NCBI GenBank assembly: GCA_904063045.1
Contig: CAJFCJ010000039.1
Coordinates: 67,381-131,380, forward strand
Reading direction: 5' to 3'
Length of the DNA: 64,000 bases
Origin: Dimorphilus gyrociliatus
Taxonomy: Eukaryota > Animalia > Annelida
The notes under the pieces were generated by a model. It did not search any database. It was given only the letters and a program-made list of their open reading frames with translations, and was not told the DNA's origin. Shown one piece after another: positions 25,451-38,019 of the stretch; position 1 is the stretch's first letter; each line of letters starts with the position of its first letter. The translations under genes were made by a program, and so were the position numbers.

Positions 25451-28400
25451 TCAAACACAAGCCACTATGTTCATAGTTTTGTTTTATTGATAAAGGAAAT
25501 GTTCATCTTAAATATTCAAAAGTATTGGATAGCGCACAATGCTGTTGTTCCGTTCGTTTCAATGAATGTTGCAAAGAGGCTTAAAAAGCTGTTTAACTTA
25601 GTTGGAGGGAAGGCGATGATATTGTTGAAACTATTCTTTTTTAAATGAAACTAATTTAAAGAGAAAGAACACGAATAAATGAATTAAATATCTAGGAAGA
25701 ACTACTATTCTCTTAATAGTTCATCCATCTATCTTGCTATCTCTCTATCTAGCATTCTATCTTTATCTATATATTTATCAGTCTATTCACTTTTCTATTC
25801 GTTTGTCATTCCAGTACAATTTATTAGAGCTTTATGCCTCTAATTCACCTTTGTATCTATATATAAACTAGAGACATCTTACGTACAAAAAGGAAGAGAG
25901 AATGCGCACGAATTTACGTGCTTAAACTTGCCAAAGGTCGTTTCAGAAAAGAAACGAACGATAAATCAATAAAGAAAACTGGAATAGAGATACATGTCCT
26001 TCGTAATATGAGATAAATAAACTAAGACACTTTTATACGTTTAACGTTTCTGTTCCAAAGTCCTTAACTTGCCCAAACGCCTCTTAAAGGATAAAAGAGG
26101 TTTAAGCCATCTCAATGATAGAGAGAGAGAAAGACAGAAGAATATAACCTTGTTGTCTTTTATCTATCTTTCGTCCTCTTATAAATATTATACAATGAAA
26201 AGAAATTCATCTCCTCATTCTCTTTTCATTCACATTTAATTCTCCACTTTTTATCTATTTATTAAATTATCATACAGTATAATTTACAGGGTTCGACTAT
26301 GAATTGATAATGATGTTAATAATAAACTATAATTCTCTAAGTACATAATTGCTTCTTCTAAGTTTTTATTTCTATTTTCTTATTTATTTAAAGCCATTTA
26401 TCATCCCGCTTTAGCTAAAATTATGTGCATCAATTTCTGCATGTTGAAAATCCGCCGTGTCCTGAGAAAAATTTAGCCTCTCCATAAGGTTATCTTACCA
26501 TCTAATTAATCATTTATCCGTCTATCCTACTATCAATCCATCTACCCTACCCCACTTGTCTCTTTTCTGCCGCGAAAAATATTTGGCTTGGGCAACAGAG
26601 AGCGTGGAGGAAAAGGCATGCATTGCCAATTCTTGTGCTGGTATTTAGGCGGTGGAAATCAGTGAGAAATATTAGGTCAAGGGCAAATATCTTTCGAATA
26701 CTTTTCTAAAAGTGAAAGCAATTTACTTGTAGTGTTTCTCTTTGCATTGTCCCTGTTTACTTCGTTTGAAATAGGAAAATAATTAACAAACTGGCTGAGT
26801 TGATATCACTACACTGTATTGGCTGTGTATTATTTATATATATTATAGTATTTACTCGTGTCTCTCCTCTCATCTTTCGTTTCCTTCCATACTCATGACA
26901 GTCGTGACTCTATTCTAAGACACTAATAACAGTTGCGATACTGACTGAAAAAGCCCAATTTATTTCTAAGAAACTCCTTAATTGTTCGTCTTCCGCTCAA
27001 AGGTCATTACGTAGGTCAAAAAAACTGCTTGAGGACGAGTTTGAAATTTCCCAAGTAGAGTTATCATAGGAAGTCTTAATTAAACTCGTTAGTTTATTTA
27101 TAAGAAACAATCCCAACTTCATAAACTGTCCTTGTTGATTATTTCTTTGGAGAATACCTTCAAGATGTAATTTTTCCTGAAGATTTAACAGAAAACTATC
27201 TTATCGTTTGGAACTACTGTGTGTGTATGTGTGTGGGAGGAATGGGAGATCGAGAGAGACAGAGAGACAGAGACAGAGAGGAGGGGAGGGGGGCAGGAGA
27301 AAAGAATTAAATAGAAAATATCTTCTCCTTGGGGAAATTTTCATCTTTTCAAAAAGAAAACGACGACAATTAATGTAGAAATCCCTTTAAAGGTGTTGTT
27401 TTTTTCCTTAAGCTAATTAATAATCATGAATGATGAAGATCAGGAAGAAAAAACAATGATTTAAAAAAAAATACTATGGAATTTACAGAATCTCTATTAC
27501 TAGAAGACGTAAAGTAAATATTTCTTTATCTCTGACAGTATTATACTTTCTTTATGCGTCGGCATCCTATTCAAAAGTCACTCCATCAAAAGGAATAATA
27601 ACGTCTAATCGGCTTCAATTTTCCCAGATTATTTACCCACAAACATAAGAAGAATGCTAAAGATAAATAAGGCATAAATTTTTTCCAAACAGCCTCCAAT
27701 GTATATAAAGGAGAAGGAGAAGGGAACACACGACGGTTGGTTGGTATTTCATAACTTTTTCCAGGCGTCACATTCTTTTCAATTATTTAATAATTTTACT
27801 TTAATTGACCATTAAAATAATACCAAATTTATTTAAGGGAGACGCCCGAGAAGAAATTACCATCTTTAATTTATTTATTTTCTTTAATCATCTTAAAATA
27901 CTTTTTCTTCTTTCTCTCCTTTTTTCTTTCCCTCTTTTAAACAAGACTATAAGCCTTGAAGATTTCAATTAAAAATTTATATATAATTGATACTTATTTG
28001 ATTGTAGATGAGTGCGTCTAAATATAAATATACAGTTTATACAGTAATAGACGTATACTATAATTGGTTGATTATACTAGTTTTTATCATTCTTTTATTT
28101 ATTCATAACGATAATCTAAGCGCTCTCTTAGACATTATTAATGATAATCTACGAATTTTCAACGATAAGTCTATTATTTGCTAGTAGAACAATACCATTG
28201 TCAAGCAGATCTAATCTCGTATTCAGGATTAAATAAGAACTAAACACCCAAACGAGAATTTTCCGAGAAATTGTTAGTAAATCAGTAGAATTCTTTTGTT
28301 CTTTCAAAAGATGAACAAATGAAAACTGGTAGGAGTTAAAAAAAAATGAAAAAACGAAACAAACATTAACAAGAATTATAGTTAATAAGCAAAATAATAA

Positions 28401-29021
28401 AAACATTTCGATCGGCTTTATTCCTTTTCATTTAAATCGTCTTTTCCTCGTAATTAGCCAATTTCATCAATTATTAGAGTTAATATTATTCATTTAAGTA
28501 ATTAAGTAAAAATACTAATTTAATTATGCATTTAATGATTAGTCTATGTTATTAAAAGAGACAAGAATTGCTAATGAAATAACTAAGCAGAGAAGAGAAT
28601 AAGATAAAAAATTAAAGTGTCTATTAAAGAGAGAAAAAGAGGAGGTGAAGAGAATAGTAAAAAGAGAGAGAGAGAGAGAGAGAGGAGGGGGGGGAGAGAG
28701 AGACTGAAAGAAAGAGGGTAGGGGGCAAAGGGAAGAGAAATTAAAAAGCCATGAAGTATTTCAATTATATAATTATATCAAGATAATAGCAGAGGCAATA
28801 TTTTGGTAATGGATTTTTTCTTTATATATAACATCATATATGCATTTAAAATGTCTTTAGTTATTTATTTAAATTGATTTTTATTGATTAATAAAAAATT
28901 ATTGTCAAATGTTTTGCCATTTCGTAATATAAAAAACGGAAAAAACACCAAGTGCAACTCTGTTTGTTATTTTCTGATGGAATTGTTTATTTGTTTATTT
29001 TCTTCATAATATTTGATTTAT

Positions 29022-30849
29022 TTAGTTATTCCATAATAAGCCTCTTTCAAATATTACAGGATCCTGTGTTTCCCAAAGAACGTTCCATAATTTTTGATAT
29101 TTTCCTCCCGAATCGGATTGGAAAACCAGAGGAAAGGTCATATTCGGATTATTTCCCTTGCGTACTATAAATTCTATTGGTCCTATTAATTTAGCCACGA
29201 ATATTTGTTCGTCAATAGTTGGTAGTAGTTTAGCGTATCCTATATGACCCGATTTTGCCTTTAACGACTCCTCTGATTCGTCATACCAGACAGTAGTATT
29301 GGCGAAAAGTGGATGTCCGTACTCTCCAGTGTACTTTTCCGCATTCATTTTAACGTGATTTGTGAAAGAGAGCGGTGGGATATCGAAACGACTCTTTTCC
29401 TTTTCAGGCAGGGCCGATTTCGGGATGTTATTGATCCAAGGTTCGGGATACGTGCAGGCTGTTGTATCATTAATAAACGGTTTCCTTCCTTGTAAAATGT
29501 CACTGATGTAATACGTTACAGCTACCATGGTATTACTGCAATTAAGAAAATACATTATTTAACAATAAAGTATTGTTATATTTGTTAGCCAACCTTGACG
29601 CATACGTATTTCCACCAACAAAAACACCAGATTTAATATCTGGATACAAGTAAATAAGAGAATTAAACCCATTAATTGATCCACCGTGCATGGAAGCTCT
29701 ATATCCTCCGTAAGTTCCTATACTCCAACCCAATCCGTAGGTTGTTTGCGAGTTCTCTACAGGAAAGTATGGACGACGCTGTACGAAAGGCAATTTATTG
29801 CACGACCTAGTTTAAACCTAAAAATAAATTATAAAGAAAACTACTTACAACGCTGTTTGGATCAAAATTGCTTGCGAATTGCGGTGAATGAATGTCTAAT
29901 AGAGCGTCTCTATTGAATATTGTTTTATTTTTAAATTTTCCTTCATTTAAATTAACTAAAATCCAGTTAGCCATATCGGTAGCCGAACTGAAGATACCAC
30001 CAGAAGATTCTCCACCTAAAACACTTTCTATATTTATCCTATCGATTCTCTTAAGCCGAGAATCAATATCATCATAAGAGTGTGGAGATGCAAACTTTTT
30101 CCAATCCCAATTATTGATATTGCTTATTAAATCAGTATCTCTCATTTCGAGAGGATCAGCTAATTCAGTTTTGAAAACTTCCTCATAAGTTTTACCGCTA
30201 ATTCTTTCAATTATACAACCAGCTAAAGTTAGCATGAAATTACTATATCTGTAGAACAGAAAACGATAAATAGATAATTTCTTTAACGGATAATAAAAAC
30301 TATTAGAGAATTGTTTCTTATTATTTACCTATAACGCCATCTAAACCCAATCGATTTAATATGATTTAAGCGGCCACAATACTCTTGCCGGCTATGAACT
30401 GGATCTAAACCAATTGCCCAAGTGAATCCATAGCCCAGATAGCCCAGTTTATGCGAAAGTAAATCTCTAATGGTTGCTTGATTCGTATTTATATCGTTTC
30501 CCAAATTCAACTCTGGAACAATATCCTTCAGCAAAGAATCCATATTGAAATTAGACTTTTCCAATACTTTGGTCATTAAAGCCGCAGTAAAAGCTTTCGA
30601 TAAAGACCCTATACTGAAGCTGCTATGAGCATCGGCCAATGCATCATCCGATTCAATGTCGAGACTTCCAAAGGCTTCCGTCATCTCAATTTTATTGTTG
30701 TCAACAACGGTTACAGTAAAACCGGGCACATTGTTACAGTTTATGGTGTGCCTAATAAAACGTCGAATGTCGTCCTTTTCATCGTCTGTGATGGAGAGAG
30801 CAAGCTGCAGGGAGGCGGCAAGAAAAATAGCGACTAATTTTAATTGCAT
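29022..30849 (-). CDS. Secreted beta-lactamase-family (AmpC/Pab87-like, peptidase S12) serine hydrolase with DUF3471-like C-terminal domain, about 539 aa, 4 exons
   Basis: Exons 30849-30329, 30248-29849, 29778-29594 (alternative donor ending 29606) and 29535-29022. All introns are GT-AG and the frame is consistent. Signal peptide MQLKLVAIFLAASLQLALS; motifs S82-L-S-K85, LLSH..G, Y175-S-N177, YGLGW, HGGSINGF; C-terminal YTGEYGHPLF. Confidence 0.9.
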
Positions 30850-31229
30850 CTTGTGCTGTAGAATAAAAAGTTTTATTAACTGTTAAACCTACGCGCTTAT
30901 ATACTTGAAAAGTCTAATCAAACTGCATCGAGAATGGTCAGAGATAAGTTAAAGATAAGAAAAAGAAATGACTCTTCCTATGATTCATATTCAGCCGCTA
31001 TTAGAGCTATTCATTCAAAACACCCTAATTATTGTCCTACTCTACTAAGAGGAAGATAAGAAATATGTACAACGACTAGTAGAAAAAGAGACGTCTGTAT
31101 TTATGATCTCTATAGCTGAAAATCAATTTCCATTTAAATGTAGTATTTACTAATAATCATATGAATAGTTAGTCTGTTTTAATGCAACTGCCACTACGTT
31201 AATGGAAATAGTAAACAAATAATTCTTCA

Positions 31230-31946
31230 AGGGCAATCATATATTGGAGATGGTCCAATCTAAAAAAAATCCCTTTAAACCAATTGAATATTCTTGATAT
31301 TTCTGTCTATTCTCGATTAGAATCTAATTGGTCTTGAGGCTTTCTACCAATATATTAACCTTTCAGCATGAAAGTAGCTTGCTCCGTTAATTTAACATTA
31401 AAAATTGCCTTGTCATTCCTTTGGTAATAACTTTACACAATCTATACGATCAGTTTCCAATCTTTGAGTATTGTTATATTTCCAAATAATGGATAACCGT
31501 TAGATCTTCCGTACTTCTCTATCGATCCTTTCAACTTGTTAATTTCAACAAGTTTAGAAACAGGTGGCGCTTCACCCATACTTCTCATTTAATCACCTTG
31601 AAATGGAAGATTTTCACTCCAGGGTTCTGGAGAGGTGTAAGCAATTGCTGAATTAATAAACGGCTCCCTCCCTTGCAGTATATCACTTATGTAATAAGTT
31701 AAAGCGAGAACAGACGCACTGCAAGTACAGTAATGTTCATAAATAATTCAAGCTCAGAGAATAATGCGAAGAGATCTTTACAGTATCGTAAAAGAATTTC
31801 CACTGACAAAAGGCCCAGATTTTATATTGGGAAACAGGTAGAACGAAGAACTAAAACCGCCAATCGATCCTGGATGTGAAGATTGTCGATAACCTATTTA
31901 GAGCGGTTTCTTCAGTCTTAATTCAACAATATCTTGTTCTATTGGT

Positions 31947-31983
<37 letters not shown>

Positions 31984-33472
31984 GAAAGAATAGAAGAGAC
32001 AGATAAATTCCCAGAAGTTCCAATATACAAATCTTCAAGTGTAAGATCTTCAATAGAAGAGAAGGATATTCTCTTTAGTAGAAAAGAGATAGAAAAATGT
32101 ATGAATGCTATACATTGTATATATAGTATAATATGACAAAGACAAAGTATAAGTTTTATATTGTATTACGGATATTTCTTTCAGATAAAAAAGATAAACT
32201 TAATAAAATACACAAGAAATATATTCTGAAATTCGAACACTTGTAGTACTAATCATTTGAATATTATCAGCGTTAAAAGTTGAGGTGAATGAATTTTTCC
32301 TGAGTTGAATTCTCTTCAAGGATTCCCTTCCTCTTTGTTGCCTTTAAATAAATCATTATTTCAATTTGTTAACATTCCCAATCTCCTACATACACTTGCA
32401 TCTTTAGTTGGGCTGGGAGTGTCTTTTTTAGTCCCATCCCCCTTACCAGGATGATGGCATTTGACTCGATAGCTTCTCTATCGATTCTTTTGGTTTTTTG
32501 TGTCGATATTGTCATTTAATTGTTCAAATTTGAAATTAGATCCCTATTAAACACGTTTAAAGGGTTGAACACATGTTTTTTGAGGGCTTCTTCAAACATT
32601 TTACCAGTTAACCTTTCAACAATGCAGCCACCGAAAGAAACGCGTACGCACTATATCTAGTTGAAAAGAAAAGAAAGGTAAGAAGGAAAGGAAGAAGAAA
32701 AAGAAAAAGAAGAGAGAGAAGAAGAAAGAGAAGGTTGCGAAGATTAAGTTTCGTATAAATTCTTATTACGAAAATTTTCCGAAAAAAGCTCGTTAAATTA
32801 TTTCTATTTTATGTAGATTGTATTAACGACAAAATGGCGGATAATCTCAGTAGATTTTGCCATCTTAATAATAGCATCTATAGTAATCTATAATTTATCC
32901 ACATTCTCTACTAAATCCTACAGATTCTAAACGTCCCAATCGTTCACGATACTCTTGACGATCGCTATCCAAATCCCATCCAAACGATCCAACTCAACAC
33001 ATCAAATGGTCAAATGGCCCAGAGAGAATATCACTGATTTTGGCCCTGTTTGTATCGATTACATTCCCAAAATCGATAGCAGGGATTATCTCTTTAATTA
33101 AAGTATCTGTATTAAAAATAGAAATGGCTAAAACCTAGAGATTAGTGAAAATAAGGGAATAAATAGTTTAAAAGTAATATTAAACCAAGGAAAGAAGAGA
33201 TACAGTAAAAGCTTTGTTAAACGAACCAACGTACAAATCTTTTATACTCATCAACTAGATTATTAATAGAATTCAATTTGACTAGATCAAAAACTTTGGT
33301 CATATCTACCTTATTTTTGTCAATAAGAGTAGTCATAACGTTAACTAAACTCTTGCAATCTGTTGTCAGGCGGATAATATGTCTGATCCTTTCTTGGTAG
33401 GCAAAAGAAAGTTGCAAAGCTGAAAAGTACTCGGAAGGGGTGGGAAAAAAGGTGACAACAGTATCTTTTCAT
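31230..33472 (-). pseudogene. Decayed tandem paralog of the beta-lactamase-like gene
   Basis: Collinear remnants of all exons: IRHIIRLTTDC..DKNKVDMTKVF; YVGSFNKAFT; FNTDTLIKEIIPAIDFGNVIDTNRAKISDILS; RQEYRERL; acceptor ag|ATATAG at 32656 then GCIVERLTGKMFEEALK...DLISNLNN*; KRIDREAIES; IHSPQL; GYRQSSHPGSIGGF; TYYISDILQGREPFIN...PEPW; GYPLFGNIT. Several frameshifts, in-frame stops and an (AG)n insertion near 31950-31980. Ends are approximate. Confidence 0.85.
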
Positions 33473-34794
33473 CATATATATCAGAGAAGGATAGAAAGAT
33501 TGAGAGAGCTAAAACTAGAGGAGGAAAAAGAACAAGATAATGTATATAATGCAAATAGTAATATACAATATATACACCAATATAATGGCGCGTACTGATA
33601 TCAGATCTGAATGTTTAATTATTTTAAGATAAAACAATTTGAGCGATGATTAAGAGAGTAAGATAGTAAAAATTGGTCGTACATAGCAAAAAGTCATCTG
33701 ATAAGAAAAGTAGTAAGAAGGAGAAGGATAAAAGGAATTGCTTATGCAATTTTCTCATATAGAATCATCATTTTTCCGCAAATTTCAAAGATATTTAGGA
33801 AGAAATGATGGTTAGATGTTTATTTATTCGATTGATTTTTAAGTTGTCTATTATTAATCAAAGTCGCTAAGAACAAAACATCAAATGCAATGGATACTTG
33901 GTCACGCATACGATTATTCTCTTATTTCTTTTATCCTTACTTAAACGCTTGCTTAAACGATGTTGAGGAGAGAAGGAAGAGGAGGCAAAAGAGCTTTTAT
34001 TGAGACAAAGGTAATTATATTAATATATATTTTTCTATTGTACGTGTCCGATATATATATATATTAGTAACTTTATCAATATTCATGTGAGTTTTATATA
34101 TCTATATCAAGTTGTCGAGCTACATGTATTGCATTTTCGTACGGTGCACAGTATATGTTAGGAGTAGTTTTTTTTTAAGACCACGGCACATGCTGTGGCG
34201 GCAGTGGCCTCGTATCTTTCGAGTAAATCGATTAAAGAGAAAAGATAAGTGTTGTTGTTCTGTCAACAGTCTATCACTTCTATTCAGAATATAGAAATAT
34301 TGCCCAAGGCCTTTTTATTATTCCATTAACAATTAAGATATTTCGCCATTGGGGCCCTAAAATTTTTCTAATGCGTATCTTACTAGGAGGGTTATAGCGG
34401 GAATCGAGAGAAAGAGGGAAGGGGTAAGGGAGAAAGAGGGACGGAGGGATAGAGAGGAAGAGAGAAAGAGAGAAAGAGAGAAAGAGAGAAAGAAAGAGAA
34501 ATGAAAGAGACGGAAGGAGGAGTAGTCAAATAACAATACGAGAAAGGGGCTTATTCTTAAATTGAAATGGAGAGAATAGGGTAAAAATAAACGTTTATAT
34601 TCTCTTTAGTCAAATGAGCCAAAAAAAAGCCAATTAACTTAGTTCAATTCAATTCAAATGTTCGTTCTGTTATCTAAATTGGACTATCTGAATAAAAGAG
34701 AAAAAAAATTGACCCAAATTTCGTACAATATAAAAAAAGAGACTTGGAAATATACATATAATATACGTATATATATATATAAGAATACATATAC

Positions 34795-34827
<33 letters not shown>

Positions 34828-35025
34828 ACAAATAAGGAAAAAAGGTTATTTTGTTATATAAATCTCAATTTTTTTTAATTTTGTTATATGTTTTTTTTTT
34901 AAAAAAAAAATAGAAAAAAAATTTACTTGAGCACTTTTTCGAACTATTCAATATTTTTATGTATTTTTTTTCTTTTTGTTATTTCTATTATTCTCTTATA
35001 TTCTTTTGTTGAAAAAAAATATTTA

Positions 35026-35039
35026 TCGCCATCTGGCGC
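35026..35039 (-). promoter_or_regulatory. CTCF-like motif
   Basis: GCGCCAGATGGCGA on (-). Confidence 0.5.
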
Positions 35040-35980
35040 CTGAATTTTTCATTCGTCATAATCTCAAATAAAATTCTCTAAATAAACATTTTGAACTGGA
35101 GTGCTTGTCAATATTATATTGATACTAACCGATTGCCTTTCAATTTAACTACAACAACAAATTTGATTGAATAAACTTTAGCAAAGAGCCGTTCAATTGT
35201 TTTTTACCAACTCACTTTATTGGCAGCAGGTACGAACTCTTTTCAACATTATCTAAATTTTATTGATGGGTTTAGGAGAAGAGTGAAAGAGCGAATGAGA
35301 GAGAAAATATTTCATAAAAAAACAAAATAAAAAAACAAAATCATATAACGTTGGCCAGAACAAAAAATTTTACTAAGAGAGGAATGAGAATGCAGACAAT
35401 TTTTCTACCCTAAAAACCTAAACTTTAAGGATTCTATTTGTGCTGTGTAACCATCGATTGTGAAAAACCCAGAACACGATTTATCACTCTTCTTCTCAAC
35501 CAACTTGTTCGAAGAGGGAAAAAGACATAAACAAAAATAGAATAAAACAATAACAAATCGAAAAAGGAGGATTTTTAGAGAAGAAGAAGAAGGATAAAAG
35601 AATAGAAGGAAAAGCAAGGAAAGCGAACAAAAAAATAACAAAATAAATAAAAAAAAAAACACCAACAAATTCTCTTGTCTTACTATAAAGATCTATGACT
35701 TTTTTCACCCTAATCTCTTCTCTCTATCAAATCATCTAATGTGAAATGAAAATTGCTGAGAAGGTAAAAAAAATAACTATTTTCTTTTTTCCTGTCCCGA
35801 ATCTATTGTTCATACAGTAAGGTTCGCAATAGTAGCTTTTCAATATTCGATACGCGGCCGCTTTACACAATTCATTTCATTTTAGGTTATACGAAAGAAT
35901 GTTCTTTAAAGGAATTCTTTTTTTTTCTTTCTTTCTTTCGTGCTCTATTCTTTCTTCGGCCTTGCACAGGACAGGGCTTC

Positions 35981-36017
<37 letters not shown>

Positions 36018-36574
36018 TAGAAAGAAAGGGAGAAAGGGAGAGAAAGAGAGAGAGGGGGAGGGAGGGAGGGAAAGAGAGAAAGAGAGAGAAAAATATAGGG
36101 AAGGGAAGAGAAAAAGTAGTCTTTTTCGTGGAAAATTTGTTCAACTTTGTAATGCAAAAAATAGCGGTTACGTAGGACGTGCCATTTATAGTTTTACCTA
36201 CTCTGAATATAGCTTTAGGCATTAGCCATATATGGTTTGTGACTGTGTTTTTTGTATGTTATTTCTCCTTTATTCTCCCTCCCACCACCTCTGTCTTTTT
36301 TTTTCTTGGCTATTTTATACTTGGTCTTACTTGTTGCAATGAATTGACAATGAATAAGGAATTAATTAAGTAATCAATAGCGACAATTAAATTACTCTGT
36401 AAAGAAAGTGCTCGTCGCAAATTTCATCTCTCCTCGAAATCTGCGAAATCTAAAGGGAAATTACGAATAAAATGATAAGTGTAGACCTTTAAATTTAACA
36501 TTTCTTTTTTAGTATTCGCCTACGCTTATTGAATAGTACAATATCTATTTATCATTATTATTATTACTATTATA

Positions 36575-36609
<35 letters not shown>

Positions 36610-36677
36610 TATATACAATTATACGCTAGCTGTATATACTACAATTTCTTAACAAGATTATTATTAGTTTCCTCCCG

Positions 36678-36691
36678 GCGCCATCTACGGG
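36678..36691 (-). promoter_or_regulatory. CTCF-like motif
   Basis: CCCGTAGATGGCGC on (-), one mismatch to consensus. Confidence 0.55.
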
Positions 36692-37017
36692 CCAATAAAT
36701 GCGTAAATAATACTGCATATTTTTCCAGACTGTATGTACACGTCTTATTTACCTTTACTGAAAAGATTAATAACGTTTGTTAAAGGTGCGTTTTTTGAAT
36801 GCTTAGACAGAAATCCATGGCTTAAATGAAAGTTAATTTAAATATCCTCTTTTTTATCTTATCTTTAATCAAAGATTGCTTCTAAAACCATGAAAAAGCA
36901 TACGAGTAAATAAGCGGTCTAGTAAAATAATACTTTATTAATGATGTTAGTTCGTTAGTGTTAATTTGCAGTGACCCAAATATTGTACTGCGGCAGAGTG
37001 CACTTGATAAAGTTGAC

Positions 37018-37119
37018 ATGACCCACATACAGTATATCAATTCATATGCAAATAATTCGCAACAGATGAATAGATTAAAAATGCATAAGGGATGTCAAAG
37101 AGTAACATATTCCGGCAAG
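37018..37119 (+). CDS. PTBP1: Candidate distal alternative first coding exon of PTB
   Basis: Exon 36972-37119 has a ttgcag acceptor and AAG|gtaaac donor and is open throughout. ATG 37018 gives MTHIQYINSYANNSQQMNRLKMHKGCQRVTYSGK in phase 0, joining RTAEQ of the common exon. Confidence 0.4.
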
Positions 37120-37832
37120 GTAAACATTTAACAACTGGGCTTTAAAAAGCAATTAGTTGGAATTAAGTGAGGTAGAAGAGTTAGACAGAGAGGAAGGAGA
37201 CTACTACTCTTGAACAAGTTTGTTGTAGCAGTCAGCTAGCTAGCTAGCTCTTTTTCTCCTTACATACATGGTAAAATATATATATATATATATACTATAC
37301 TCTGTATATATAGTATAGTATATATGTATATATCCCTTTTCCTCCCTCTCTCTCTATCGCAGTCTATTCGTGTTTTAACCGCTCACAGACTCTCTTTGTC
37401 TTTCACCCTTTACCTTTTATAACCCTACCCCCTTCCCCCTACACCAAACACATCAAACGCCGTCCGCACTCAGCAACAGTTTCATACCAGAAATTGATTT
37501 ATTATCGAATTATAGGAAATTGGATACAATACAACTGTAATAACTCGACTCTAGGCCCAGTTATTCTAAAAAATTTTCCGTTTTCGCTCGGTTTTATGAA
37601 GGCGCCGGCCGTTTTAAGTATATCTGAGTTCGTATCGCCGAAATAAAAGCGGAATTGTGCCAGCTGTGACTAACGCTTGATCGATGTTTGGCCGGCAGCA
37701 TTTTGTAGTATTGCGGTTTATGTGAGGTATGTTTATGAATATAATTTTCAATTTGAAAAAAATTATCACAATCCCAAAGAGTAGATTCCCTTTCAAAGTC
37801 ACGAACGATCGTGATAGGACGGTCAGATTTCT

Positions 37833-37873
37833 TTCCTAGGTGGCGCGCGCTGTTCGTCGTCGCCAGATGTCGC
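37833..37873 (+). promoter_or_regulatory. GC-rich PTB proximal promoter with two CTCF-like motifs
   Basis: TTCCTAGGTGGCGC (37833-37846) and TCGCCAGATGTCGC (37860-37873) in a CpG-rich island about 150-190 nt upstream of ATG 38020. Confidence 0.5.
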
Positions 37874-38019
37874 GCGGCGTCGTTGACAGCGCAATAGAAT
37901 ATTGAATGGCGGCGGGAACAGTGCACTGATCACTGATCCGTATCCTCTCTCTCTCTCTCTCTCTGTTCTTTTCTGTCAACGCAAAACGATTCTACTCTTA
38001 ATTTTCTCTACGTAAAACA

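Noticed and set aside
29022-30849. Bacterial contamination, or a LACTB orthologue
   Set aside because: It has spliceosomal introns, host-like composition and a local pseudogene. The signal peptide and DUF3471-like tail do not fit mitochondrial LACTB.
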